64,000 nucleotides of DNA from Fimicolochytrium jonesii. Lineage: Eukaryota. The notes beneath the pieces were generated by a model. The model saw only the letters and a list, made by a program, of their open reading frames with translations, had not been told where the DNA came from and did not search any database. Location: positions 372,001 through 436,000 of the forward strand of contig NW_026515683.1 in the NCBI RefSeq assembly GCF_025526975.1. The letters run 5' to 3'. The translations under genes and the position numbers were made by a program. Below are positions 38,241-52,740 of this stretch, piece after piece (the stretch's first letter is position 1; every line of letters starts with the position of its first letter).

Positions 38241-40793
38241 ATGCAAAAGCGAAAAGGCTCCAACGTTCAACCAGCAGGGCAAAACTCAAAGAAGAAGGCT
38301 CGCGGAAGCTCCTCGTCGGCACCGGCCTCGCTGACTTCAGAGGGTTCCACTCTCACGGACTATTTTGCCGCATGTCGTGGGCCAGCAAACAGGGACGCCG
38401 CGGACGCGAAGGAGAACCCTGAGAAGGGTGAGGCGGGTGTTGGATATGCAGAGGATGGAAGCAAGCTGTTATGTCCAGTATGCGGGATACAGCTGAGCGG
38501 TGGAAGCGGTGTGAAGGTATGCGAACGTAAATGCTCCCACCCGCACCTTGCACTGGGGGTTTTCACGCGCTTGCTGGTAGCTGGAAGAGTTGACACGATT
38601 CGAAAAATCCAATAGGTCAATCAGCATGTCAACCAGTGTCTGGATGCACTGGCCGAGCAAGGGTTTGGGGACGACGCTGAGCTGATGGACTTTGAGGATC
38701 AGGCCACATCGGGCGCAAGTTCTGGAACGCGCGTAGAGAGTGCTGGGTCGGCCATACTTTCTGTATGTCGTGTTGATGGCTCGGGCGAGAGAAGCGAAGA
38801 TCAGGTTGAAAGGCGGCGTAAACTAGAGGTTCCCGCATCAGAGCTGGATTTTGTAGCATCAATATCCGTGGATCACAATCTGCCTGTCACGTCAGTAACT
38901 GAGCACATCGCCGTACATATCAAGAATGAGCCTTCAATGTCCCCTATACCCAACTTCGAAGCTCTGCCCGTCACCGAAAGTCCCGCGGAACAAGAGACCG
39001 ATCCCATGGACGCAATCGATGCCGCTTCCTGCGCAGATCTAGCGAGTGAATCCGACCAGGACGAGTACTTCTCCCAACTATACGGCGATGATTTAGAATT
39101 GGAACTGGCGGGCAATGATGCTTGGGACGCGATCGACTGGGCTAGTCCGGCTCGTGGCTCATCCTTCAAGTTGGAGGAAGGCGCCGAGGGGCCAGTCAAA
39201 ACTGAAGCGACCTGGGAGAGTGATCCCTTCTTGACGGCGGATGCGAAGGTCGAGAATGGATACGCGATTGCAAAGAGAAGACCGTGTCCGTGGTACAAAC
39301 GCATGCCTGAGACGAGCTTCACTGTCGATGCGTTCATGTACGGTCGCGTGGAAGGATGTCTTGCGTATTTCCTCACGTATGTTGGATGAACCGGTTGCCT
39401 GCACGCCATACTCGTTCTCATCTCTCATCTCCGTTGTCCTGCGTATGGCAGCCATTTTCATTCGGATCACTACGGCGGCCTGAATCACCGTTTTAACTAC
39501 GGTCCCATCTACTGTTCCGAGGTCACCGGGAATCTCGTCATCCAACAACTCCGTGTCGATGAACAATACATCATCCGCCTACCCATGGAAACCCCATTTG
39601 ACGTTCTCGGCGTGACAGTCACTTTAATAGACGCAAATCACTGTCCAGGCGCAGTTCTATTCGTCTTTGATCTTCCATGCGGTAAACGATACCTCCACAC
39701 CGGGGACTTCCGCGCCCACCCGTCACATCTGACACATCCACTGTTACGGGACCGACATATTGATATCGTGTACCTGGATACGACGTACTGTGGGCCATCG
39801 CATAGATTCCCGCCACAGGATCTGGTTGTGGGTGCCGTCACCGACTTTGCGGTTCGGTTATACCGGGGAGAGGAAGCGCAGCACATCGTTGCGGGTGGGG
39901 AGGCGGAACGACATGGCGCTGTTGGGCTGTTGAGGAAATGGATGGGGTCCGCTTTAGGCCTCGCGGCATCGGCCAATGGCACAGCCAAGTCCACCGAGTC
40001 ACCATCAAATGGCGGCGCCACCGGCACCCCGAAGCAATCCCTCCTGGATTTCAACAAGCAAAACCTCGGTTTCACACCCGCCCCACCCGCCGCGCCCCGC
40101 ACCAACCCACATAACATTCTCATCCTAGTCGGAACCTACACCATCGGCAAAGAAAAAATCTTCCAATCCATCGCCACACGTCTCCACACCACAGTCTTCT
40201 GCACCGCCGTTAAACGCCGCGTGCTCTACGCATTACAGGACGAGCAGCTCATCCGCACCCTAGCTCACACCCTTTCCCCCTCAACCGCCGCCCTGGACGA
40301 CGACACCCGAACCCCACGATCCCTGGACGCCCGCGCCTCAGCCATCCACCTCGTCGCCATGTCCCAACTCAAACCCACCGACGTCCTCTCCTACATCCGC
40401 CGCCTCAACCTCGACCCCGACCTCGTCCTGTGCATCCGCCCCACAGGATGGACGTTCAGACCGCGTAAAGGCGCCGACCCAATAGAAGAAGAAAAACGCG
40501 GCGAAGCTTATTCTGTCAAAAGCCTCAACCCGACCTACAGCTCCATCTACATCGAGACAGACGTGAACAAACAGCGAAGCGGTGCGCCGATCCCTGCAAG
40601 TTCGAAACGGAAACAGGTTCGGTTAGTTACATTGGGAGTGCCGTACTCGGAGCATAGCAGTTTTAGCGAGCTGGAGAGCTTTGTGAAGGGGGTGGGAAAG
40701 TCCGTAGGGAAGGTTGTCCCGACGGTGGGGAAGAGTGAGAAGATTGGAGAGTGGTGTAGGAGGTGGGTGGAAGAGAGGGGAAAAAAGGGGTGA
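38241..40793 (+). CDS. PSO2: DNA cross-link repair nuclease Pso2/SNM1A (MBL beta-CASP) with N-terminal UBZ-type zinc finger
   Basis: CPVC..NQHVNQCLD; HFHSDHY, DANHCPGA, LHTGDFRA, YLDTTY, GTYTIGKE, PTGW, VPYSEHSSFSEL. Confidence 0.94.
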
Positions 40794-41894
40794 GTTTGTG
40801 AGGGGGGTTGGGGGGGATTTGGCCCTGGGAGGGGGATGGGAAAAGAATTTTTGGGGTGTATATAGATTTACCAGGGAGCTGTGATGTACATTTCTTCCAT
40901 TTTTTGTTTTGTTTTGGGGTGTCACCGTGTTGTTTGTATAAAGAAACTCTGATCAATGGCACAGCCCTGCACTCTGTCCCTACCCCTGCGTCGGAAAGGA
41001 CTCCTGGGAAGCTGATGCAGAGGGCAAGACTTTGAAATGTGTAGGCTGCGCGGAGCAAGCGCCCATCCAAGGTCACTTTCATTCACTTCCCCCCAGGAAT
41101 CTACTCTCTCCTGCGCATCACATTATTTCGCATGTTGTTCAGCACTCGATGTCAAACATTTTTCACAGCTACAACAATCCTTCTCAAATCTCGCACCATA
41201 CGTAAATATACATTATGCAAAAGTCTAACGATGGACTTTGGGGCGTAGTCTGACAGATTGAATTTGTGATCATCGCAGCGGAGGTCGGTGCTGCAATAGC
41301 ATGCACTGCTGCAGCCCGCTCATGGACGCTTTTGAATGTGAGGTCGGAGACCTGGGCAGACTGTGTTTGACAGGCACCTAACATCCCGTCAATGCATAGT
41401 GCATCCATTCCTAACCCCCGTCTACTCTAAAAGTCTTTGTCGCGGAAACCGGCCGCCGTCTATATCCACAAGCAAGACTACGCTATCCATCACAGTTCTC
41501 CTCATAATCGCCATCACATGCTGTGTAGGGCGTGGGTGTCGAGATGCCGTTGATGCGGTGTGGGTGTGAAGATTGGAGACAACCGGGTGCCGCCTCCTCC
41601 GAGTAAGTATGTGGAATGGCTTATCCGCGGCCATCTGATCGCCGTCCTTGATGTATGGTGTGGCTCGCCGGATCTTGAAGGACCCGTGCTTATGGTGGGG
41701 GCAGCAGTTCCAATGTGTTCCGCTAACCGATAACGTGGATTGGAGTGATATTGCAAAGTCATGTTATTCATCCGAGCACTTCCACGGCTTAAACGATGGG
41801 CTTTCGCGGTATCCCCACCCCGAGTCCGAGATGCAACCGTCACGCCCTAGCAAAGGCCGCGGCCGCCTGCACTTCCCTCAACCTCCACCTCCCC

Positions 41895-43999
41895 TCAAAA
41901 ATCCGACAAAAGCGACGCAACATCATCCGGCCTGGCCCTAATATGCACCGACCCCGGCGACACCATCGTCGCCCCTCCACCACCACCCGCATACGGTCTC
42001 GCCGCCGCAAACCCATATGGCGCCGCTGCCCCACCCGCACGCACACTCCCATACCCCGCCCTCAACCCCCTCGGTGCCGCTTTCACCCGTGGCGGTGTAT
42101 CCCCCCACACCCGCCGCCGTTCCCGTTCCAGTTCACGTTCACGTTCGCGTTCCGCGACGAGGAAGTACGGGTCGTCTAGGTATGGATGGGTGGGCGAATC
42201 GACTACGGGGGGCATTAAGATGGATTTGCGGCGGGTGGTAGGGGTAAGCGTGGATTGTTGGAGGTCGGCGGCGGTGGGGAGGTCGGTGTCATGGTTCTTT
42301 GAGGGGTCGTCGTCTGGTTGCCCTGACCGCGCTAAGGCGTTTCCAGATGTATCCACAGAAAGGTCGGACCCGCTCGCGGTCCTGGTTCGTCGACCTGGCG
42401 TCCTATGCCCGCCCGTAGTGAATTCATGCGCGTCCTCGGTCGGGGTTACAGGCGATGTGCGGGAAGACTGGGAATCGGTATCTGAGGGCTTTGATCGGGA
42501 TTTGGTGGGGAGTTTTGGTTGACGTGCGGTGATGGTCTGCAGGACCACGGGCGGTTTTTGTATTCCGGACTGGCTGTCTTTGCGCGCGAGGGCTTGACGG
42601 GCTTGTGTTTCGATGTCTATGGACCGGTAGAAATGTTGGCCGATGCCTCACCCAGGACAAACAGTAGGGTGGTGAAGTATCAAACGGGGACACCTACCGA
42701 TCGCATGCGTAGGCACGACCACCGTCACCGTCGCGGCAGCAGACGGGTGAACCGGCGGTGTGTACAGGAGACAGTTCTTGCAATCAGTCAACATGAGCTG
42801 CATGAGAGCGTGGATGCGTGCATAAGTATGTTCCACAGAATCCAGGGCAGTCTCCGCTTCTGATTCAGTGTGCCCCGCCGGAGTTGACGACTTCGCGGTC
42901 GATGGAAGGGCGGCCAGGCTGGTACCGTTAGCACCGGTTTCGAATGTGGTTGACGCCATTAGAGGCGTACTGGGGGTATCTATTCGTGGGCCTTCGTTCT
43001 GCGCGTCCGTTGCTTGCTCCTTCAATCTGGGAGTATTGTCAGTTTGAAGTGTCTGATCAGTGATCGCAGGACATGATAACATACCTCGCAGCTTCTCTCC
43101 GCATAGCTTCCATCTCCTGTGCCTGTTGACGAATCGTGTTCTCGAGCGACGTGTTGACCGCCAATAAGGAGGAGTTTGCGATTTCCAAGTCCATAATCTG
43201 CAAAGTTCAAGACATAATCAGAATTCGACGCACGGTTCCTCTCCGAACTTCGGGTGCAACCTACCTTCCGCACGGCTTTATCATTCGCCTGTATCCCCAA
43301 CTCCACCGGATCAAGTGATCGAGCCGTCGACCGACAATGTTTACACCGATCGGGTGTACCCTCGGCCGCCGACGCGATATCCAGAGGAAGATGTACGGCA
43401 CTTGTAACAGTGTTCGTGAGAGTTGCATTCGGGGAGCCACCGGGACTGGCGGGCTTGGTGTTCGATCTCTGCATATGACTTGGCAGCTTCACTTTTATCG
43501 TCGCCGTAGTCGGGATCGTCGTTTTACTCGCCGTGGTTACTGGTCGCTTGAACCCATTCGGTGTCGAGAACACGCTGGACGTCGGCGATGTGCCGCCAAA
43601 CGTTCCAGACGAGGTTACCGACGTCGTAGACGCGACTCGGTCGAGAGCCGCAGGTATCTTGGGCCGTATGGACCCGTTCTTTCCTGCCTTCAAATTAACG
43701 CCTGAGCTTCCTGTGTCCTCAGAAGAATCGGTAGAGACCTTTCGCAGGACGGTAGGCGCTGCACGGATGACTCTGACTGGGGAAGTAGGCATCGGCGCAT
43801 CTGCGGATTTCCCGAGCGACGCGACTTTGTTGCCGGGTGAACTTGATAGCCCTGTTGTTGGTTGTCGTGATGGGCGTCGTTGCGGTGATGGCTTGTTTGG
43901 TGTGGTGGAGAGCGTTGGTACGGCTTTCGCATTGCTCGTGCTGATGATGCCTCTGTTGCTGGTACTCCGCCCTCCCATCGTCGATACTGGGCTGGCCAT
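41895..43999 (-). CDS. Hypothetical S/T/P-rich protein with a coiled-coil segment, multi-exon
   Basis: Long disordered ORFs joined by GT-AG introns; spliced KAVRK/IMDLEIANSSLLAVNTSLENTIRQQAQEMEAMRR, which I recall as a motif in uncharacterised fungal proteins. Confidence 0.7.
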
Positions 44000-46928
44000 T
44001 GCTAGTATCTCCCTCCCCGATCGTAGTTCAAATGATTAGCCAACTGGGCTCCCTTTGTGGAGCCCCTACCGGTCGAGGTGATCGTCTTAGGCCGAGGGTT
44101 TCGCTCGTTAACAGTTTTGACGGACGTTGATGGGATGTAATCGAGGCAGATTCCGACTATGGTGATAGGACTAATATATAGGCCAACTTCGAGAGACTTT
44201 CCAAAGGGCGAAGTCCTCCGTTTTGTGATGAGTATATAGCGCTCGGCTCCGACAGTTTTCGCTCTCTAGGGCTCCTATGGCGTGCCGTCGGAGTTTCGAC
44301 GTAAAAGTTTCGCCCCAACGACTAGGGTTAAGCTTATCTATGCTCGCCTAACTCTCCGTTTTCGACGAAAACTTTGCGAGGAGTGGAAAAGGGGCTTGTA
44401 GCGTCTATCTTCTTTTTCCCAGTGACCGGCTTTCGACGAGTAAAGCGGTGAAATTGACGAGGAGCGCTCTGTTTAGAATGGCTCTCCAAGAACGAGTCGG
44501 GGTATTCTGTCATACAGAACCTCTAGACGAACGCTTTCGTTTTGTTCCAAGTTCCAACAGAGCAACACATGCACAGTGGGCGGGGTATTCAGTCGCTGAA
44601 AAGGCTGCAGTATTGAGTGGAGTAGCTTTGCAGGACTGGCTTTCCAGCTGAATTTGAAGGCCGTAGGTTGGATAGTGGTGCGAAGCGTGCAAAGTGTGGT
44701 TTGAGCGCACTTGCCAGCCGACAGGCACAGGAAGCGGGAGTAACGGAGGAACTGGATGGAATGGCGGTACTGGAAACCCAAGGCCGCTATTGCAGGCAGC
44801 TGGGCAGGTTGTCAAAACCGACCGGGTTTGGGTTGGTCCTTGAGACTTTTGAGGTGACGGTGGAGACGGACAGGCCGCCGTTTTGGCGCCAACTCTCGCC
44901 GTTCGGACAGGATCGACTCAACACCCACGCACAAACAACATGCTGCATGCAAAAATAATCGACGTGTGGGTGGATATGGATCCCTGTCAACTTGCTGGGA
45001 TGACGGCGCCGTTCCATGTTGAATACCGACGAGGAGGTCGCTCCAGACCTTCATACTCCCACGCTACCTTACTGAGGACGTGGTGAGCCAGAAGAAAACG
45101 TGAAGTAGGCTGAGTTGCGTCTGCAGACCCTTTTCATACTGTTCGTACGCATGCCTGGACGGTAACATATGACTTGGAAATAATGGCAATCAACCATACC
45201 TTCAGGCACCTCAGCATTGGCTCTTCTACGCCGATCTCAGCGGGTGTGTAGGGGATCCGCTTGCAACACCAGAACCTGCATATGATCCTTGCCCACCTGT
45301 GCCTCCCATCTCGATGCGAGTCGCAGTCGTCGATCGACCATGTCACTTGATGCTACGTGAACGGTCCATGTTCAGTATCTCAGCAGGCGATTTCATTGGA
45401 AGATAGCCCATCTTTCTCCCGTAAGGTCATCCAGGTTGATAAGAGAGAGCACCATACTTGGTCCAACTCCAACCCGTTGTGACGGTCCCTGAGAGACGGG
45501 GGATGGATCGGGCAAGCTCCCATGCTCGGTGACTTGGGCGCTTTGAGTCCGAGCCGATTCCGAGCAGTTTCGCGGGTTTCCTCCGCTTCGTTATGCAAAC
45601 GCTTCAAGCTGGGCCAGCGAGTTAGTGCAGCATCTATCACTTAGCCCCCGCATCAACGCTTCAGACCATCCTCAGGTGATACTTGCGATATATGGATCAG
45701 TACCTCGAAGCGTCCGGGCGTACCAGTATACCAAGTAACTGTGGCGAAAGCAAGAGCGTGGGAGAGGTCCAAACCAACATCGAAAGCTGGAGGAAGCGAG
45801 CAATACGTGGATGATTCCCACCCCCAATGTCAGCGTACGTTCCCTTGCTCCAGGCATGGTCAGTTAAGTTCGAGACCTCTATGGGCGAGGTCCTTTATCT
45901 ATCTTCCAACTCAGGGCTCCCCTTCTGGCGGGCGAGCTGCTATATCGGAGTTGGTTCGTAAGGGCTCACGGTAACGACGCAGCTCACAGGGCAAAGATGA
46001 GTCTCGCTTCCCTCCGTTTCCAAAGTCCATTCTGTAGTCACATGTCCCAGGGCCCAGCATGCAAAAGATGCACAGTTTGAAGGGTCAACGAGTGGGGAAA
46101 CGCGCAGCACAAACCGTCCGGTTGCACCGTGCATTTTTCCCACGTCGCCTTTCTCATTTGTTCATGTCCACTCTGCTCACTCCGATGAGCACAATGCTGT
46201 CTGGCGTATTTCAATTGCTCAAGAGTGGAGAGACACTTCTATGGTCATATATCGTCGCGGTCGACGTTGTGTTTAGACCCAGGAGCACACACTTTCATCC
46301 CAGAATATGCTCTGATGTCTGGTCTTCCCAAGAACCTCAACCTAGCTAGTAGCGATACACTGCAGACGCAACATTCTCATGAGAACGATTCTGTTCCGAA
46401 TAGATCAAGCCGCTCAGGTAGTTCGAGGAGATGGCAGCCCTCCAATGCGAAGACATCGCTTACTGTGCTACACTACCCGTTTGCATGAAAAATGGGGGCA
46501 GGGAAAGGCGTGTTGATGGCGATCCGGGGTGTCGCCGTAGAGGAGTAAGAGTAATCCTATTCGTCCGACGATCGAGCGCTCAAACAAAAGGCGGCTCGTC
46601 CAAGATGTCGTCATGGAGAGACTACATGCGAGCGGTGGTCTACGCTTGAAAACTATCGACATCATGGAGACGTTGTTTCGATTTCCAGGCCGCGGTTTTC
46701 GTCGAGCTCAGGAGAGGAGAATGAACCCCTCCAAACCCATTGAGGAGCAAGGCACGGCCCAGCAACTAGATATGTTCCCTATTCTTCTCGGTATCCGTCC
46801 AATCCTGTCCCAATTTCGGTCACCGAAAACAATTTCAGCGCCGCCAGATCGTCCTGCCCTCGTTCTGCCCATCCCACCCGTCTTCTACACCTAAAGCACA
46901 GGCATTCTACCCATAGCCGCTCCGTGCA

Positions 46929-47168
46929 CTACCGAATGGTAGTAATCCTCCTCCGCTCCTCGCCCAACTCCCTCAGCAGCTCCTCTCTCCTTCGCTGTGC
47001 TATCGACTTGCGGACAAAGTACAGCGTGACGAAGCCTATGCCTGTCACTGCGGCCCTGTGAGGGAGAGTGCGTGAATTCGGGAGGGTTGCGGGAAGGAAG
47101 TGAGTGGTGAGGCCAAAGGGAGGCGCTTACCAGCCGTAGAAGGTTTTGAACATGCGGGGCTCTGCCAT
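46929..47168 (-). CDS. 54-aa single-transmembrane microprotein (DUF4748-like), 2 exons
   Basis: Exon 47168-47131 + exon 47055-46929 (GTAAGC..CAG intron) gives MAEPRMFKTFYGWAAVTGIGFVTLYFVRKSIAQRRREELLRELGEERRRITTIR*. Family assignment is from recalled motif similarity. Confidence 0.72.
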
Positions 47169-47581
47169 GGTGAGGTTGGTCTTGCAGATGTCTGCGGAGG
47201 GAGTTGCAGTGCTTCCGCGTTGAGTCGTTGCGAGGCCAGCGGGAACTTGCAACGGAGAGGAGATTGGAGCGCAAAGAGCGCAATGTCTGGACGCGGCAAA
47301 AACTGCGTTCGGAAAAGAGTCGCCCGTGTTGTAAAAAGACACGACATGGGTATGAGGCTGGCTTTCTTTGACTGGGCGCTTCGTCATTCAAAGCTTCCCA
47401 GGAATCCCAACTGCCTTCAAGCACCACTCCTCCATCTGCACTTTCCCACGCGGAACACAACTCAAACTAAACCTCGTTACAGCGGTCGTGAGTATATCGT
47501 TGGTACTCTGAAGCGGCTGCTTTCTCCCCTGGCGCTCGACCTAACTGTGTCTGCGCGCGATATAGTGACAAACAAGCCAGG

Positions 47582-49879
<2,298 letters not shown>

Positions 49880-50143
49880 GGGGCATTTGTATGATTAGTG
49901 GTTGTGTATTGAATGATGAACTTCTTTTTCTTACCTTATGTGTGACCGGGTGAATCGAATGGGTGTGCATACGGTCGTTTGCGTGTTGACCGTCCATCAT
50001 GGTCTTGGAGGGTGGGAGCCTTGCGAGTAGAAATCATGTAAATGACAGCGCGATGCTCACGTGATGAAACCGTTCAGTTTATCTCAACTTCTCGTCTTCC
50101 AACCCTTCATGCTCTGCACACTTTCGCACCAGCTGCCTCACCC

Positions 50144-51328
50144 ATGTCTTCCCACGTCTCCATCCTGTCCGAAAAAGCTCGGTTCAACTCTTCGTCTGGG
50201 TCTCGGGTTTTCTCGTTCTCACAGCACACCTGCGGATGGATGAGGCAGCTGTGCGTAGGCGACCTTGGTGTCGAACGGCGGGTGTCGAGTTTGGTTTCTC
50301 GTTTTTTCCCACTGGACTCTTACGATGCGTTTATAGATCAGTCGAGTGTTGCGGTACCGCTGCCGCGGACAGTTGCGATTGAATGTTCACCGCCCCATCC
50401 GGATTTCATCGTCGCCATCCTCGGCTATGCTTTTGAGAAGGTGGCGCGAGATTTAGGTAAAGAGTTCGTAGTCCCGAAACTGGACCTGCCCCTATTTGCC
50501 CTCGCGTGCAGATCCGGGGATGGCTCCCCAGATTCCGATAGATTCGACCCGTTGATCCAACTCGCCCTCGTCAGCAAACCGACCCTCGACATCTATAATA
50601 TGATGGGCCTGGCAGACGCCCATTTGTATTTTTTCGGAGCCACTGTGGTCGGCTTGACCGTAAGCCTTCGTGTCTTTGCTTTATCGAAGTCCACCGATGG
50701 GAGCTTTGCCGAGTACCATCATAATTGCTTCATGCGAGGTGACGTACCGAGCCGGTCCTCCACGCGGGGCCAATCCCGACCTGATGCGCACTCCGACGGC
50801 TTTTCCGAGGACTTTGACGGTGAAACGGAGGAGTGTCTTAAACTCCTGCGTGAAGCGCCTAATATCGTAGTCGTCAGCGGGGCAGGGGTCTCCGTCGCCG
50901 CAGGCCTGCCCACATTCAGGGGAGACAATTCATTCCGGCGGTCTGACTGGGAATACCCGGCCAACTTCAGCTCGAACGCGTTTTTAGTGCAGGTGCAATA
51001 CTCAAACCCAGCTGCTGCTACTCAGCTAGATGGACCTCAGCTTCTGCTGATAGTGAGAAAGAAGGGGAAAAGGACTGGGCTGGAGGCGGCTCAGAAAGAT
51101 TTGGAGAACCCATTACGCGTCAAATGGAATCCGATCCATCTTGGTGACCTTAATTTCATGACAGGACGCCTAAAGCTGTTGGCCCCGATGGTCGCTATTT
51201 CTGAGGACGCTATGGAGAAGCGGACAGAGCTGCTCAAGCTTGGGGTCCTTGAGGTCGTTTTGCGGGTCGTGGAGGGAGTGCGCGATCTGTTGGAGGATGA
51301 CGAAGACGAGGAGGGTGACCTGCTCTAG
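50144..51328 (+). CDS. Intronless chimeric ORF: unknown/nuclease-like N-terminus + truncated sirtuin N-terminal motif + helical tail; may be a pseudogene
   Basis: Open frame 50042-51328, likely ATG 50144. LLREAPNIVVVSGAGVSVAAGLPTFRG matches the sirtuin GAGxSxxxGxPxFRG motif, but I see no TQNID, HG or Zn motifs downstream. Confidence 0.55.
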   Translation: MSSHVSILSEKARFNSSSGSRVFSFSQHTCGWMRQLCVGDLGVERRVSSLVSRFFPLDSYDAFIDQSSVAVPLPRTVAIECSPPHPDFIVAILGYAFEKVARDLGKEFVVPKLDLPLFALACRSGDGSPDSDRFDPLIQLALVSKPTLDIYNMMGLADAHLYFFGATVVGLTVSLRVFALSKSTDGSFAEYHHNCFMRGDVPSRSSTRGQSRPDAHSDGFSEDFDGETEECLKLLREAPNIVVVSGAGVSVAAGLPTFRGDNSFRRSDWEYPANFSSNAFLVQVQYSNPAAATQLDGPQLLLIVRKKGKRTGLEAAQKDLENPLRVKWNPIHLGDLNFMTGRLKLLAPMVAISEDAMEKRTELLKLGVLEVVLRVVEGVRDLLEDDEDEEGDLL

Positions 51329-51516
51329 GTCATTGAGGGCGCCTCTTGCACACTGGGAACGTGGGCGGGCGTTGGTGGACGCTTTAGAGGAAAGGGTCGG
51401 GGATGCGTACTGAGTACAATATGCATCAAATCTCATCCTCAGCCGCATCTGGTTAGCGCCCTGGATTGCAGATACGAATCGCGACCTTCCAGGGACTAAG
51501 CTCGATACCCCGAGGA

Positions 51517-51625
51517 GGCCGAGGCAACCTCCACTGCGACACATCTCATCTCATGAGAATCATGGCCCCGGATGGCGGAGATCCTCAGAGATGAGAGGTG
51601 TCGCGGAACAGAAGTTGCACCGGCC
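51517..51625. repeat. Long imperfect inverted repeat (fold-back hairpin)
   Basis: GCGACACATCTCATCTC-A-TGAGAATC (51536-51561) pairs with GATCCTCA-GAGATGAGAGGTGTCGC (51580-51604); outer arms GGCCGAGGCAAC (51517-51528) and GTTGCACCGGCC (51614-51625). Confidence 0.8.
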
Positions 51626-52110
51626 GAACCACCTTGGAGACTCTAGCTGATTTCGAGTCCTGTTCGTTGCCGCCGGTCGCTTGCACGGGATTGCGGAGGA
51701 TATCAACGCGCGATGGATTCGTGTTCCACGTGGATGGATCTTTCGACAGCCATGGAGATCCGGTCTCCAAGAGGCATCTTATGGCCCTCCCCAATCGAGA
51801 GGGCATCTCGCTGGACATCACGTTATTATCTTCATAGCATGGGAGCCGTGCGATCCAAAACCGAATGGAAAGGATGTGGTTCCACTCCGCCTTGCCCGCC
51901 GTGGCTTGCTTTCTAGAACTAGAGGCGCTTGTGTACAGATGTAGAATACAAAGTTGTCTGTCTTTTACAAGTCCAAACGCGTTGAACATCGATGGCCGCT
52001 TCGAAATTTGGGCGGAAGCGGTGACGTAGGGCTCCGAAACGGAACCTCCCACTTTTCCCAGACCGGCTCGAATCCTTCCAACAACACTCCCACATAAAGA
52101 CTAAATCAAC

Positions 52111-52740
52111 ATGCCACTCAGGAAACCCAGCGCTCTAAGCTCTAAAGAACCCGACTACTTCGCGTACGCCTACGCAGGGATCGTGTTCATCGGCGGCGTC
52201 ATCGGCTTCGTAAGAGCAGGTACCGTCAATTGCGACAACCCATCTATTTATCTTCGGAGTGGGAAATATGATGTAGATGGTTGACTGTCTTTAATAGGGA
52301 GTTTGGTCTCGCTGCTATTCGGGACGTTTTCCGGCACGCTGTTGGGGATCGGCGCGAGACAGGTTAGCGCTAATGGGAAGAACTTTCAGCTCTTGCTTGG
52401 TGAGTTGCGTGGAGGCGGTCGTTACGGCGACTGGCGGGACGGAAAAGGGCAATGCGATCATGGAACCATTCGGAGGAGATGGTGCCTTACGGGAATGCCG
52501 ATCTGACATATGCCTCTTCTTTGCTGGACATGCAGGGATAAGCGCGACACTGCTCCTGATAATGGGGATGCGGTTCGCAAACTCGGGCAAGTTCATGCCG
52601 GCCGGTCTCGTTGCTCTGATCAGGTGAGTGCTCGACGTTCAAGCTCGATTTTGATGGAGATACGATGGTCTAATCGTTGATAACCACCTAGTGGGGTCTC
52701 ATGCTTCCGATACGGTCTCCGATTGTCGACCATGCTTTGA
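52111..52740 (+). CDS. TMEM14 family membrane protein, 4 exons
   Basis: Spliced: DYFAYAYAGIVFIGGVIGFVRAGSLVSLLFG..MGMRFANSGKFMPAGLVALISG. Confidence 0.9.

Noticed and set aside
50845..50925. Sir2 motif as a prokaryote-type anti-phage SIR2 NADase system
   Set aside because: The motif (GLPTFRG) is of the canonical deacylase type, the domain is incomplete and there is no partner gene.
51585..52052. 155-aa minus-strand ORF next to the hairpin
   Set aside because: GTG start, no domain-like features; not supported as a transposase or other gene.
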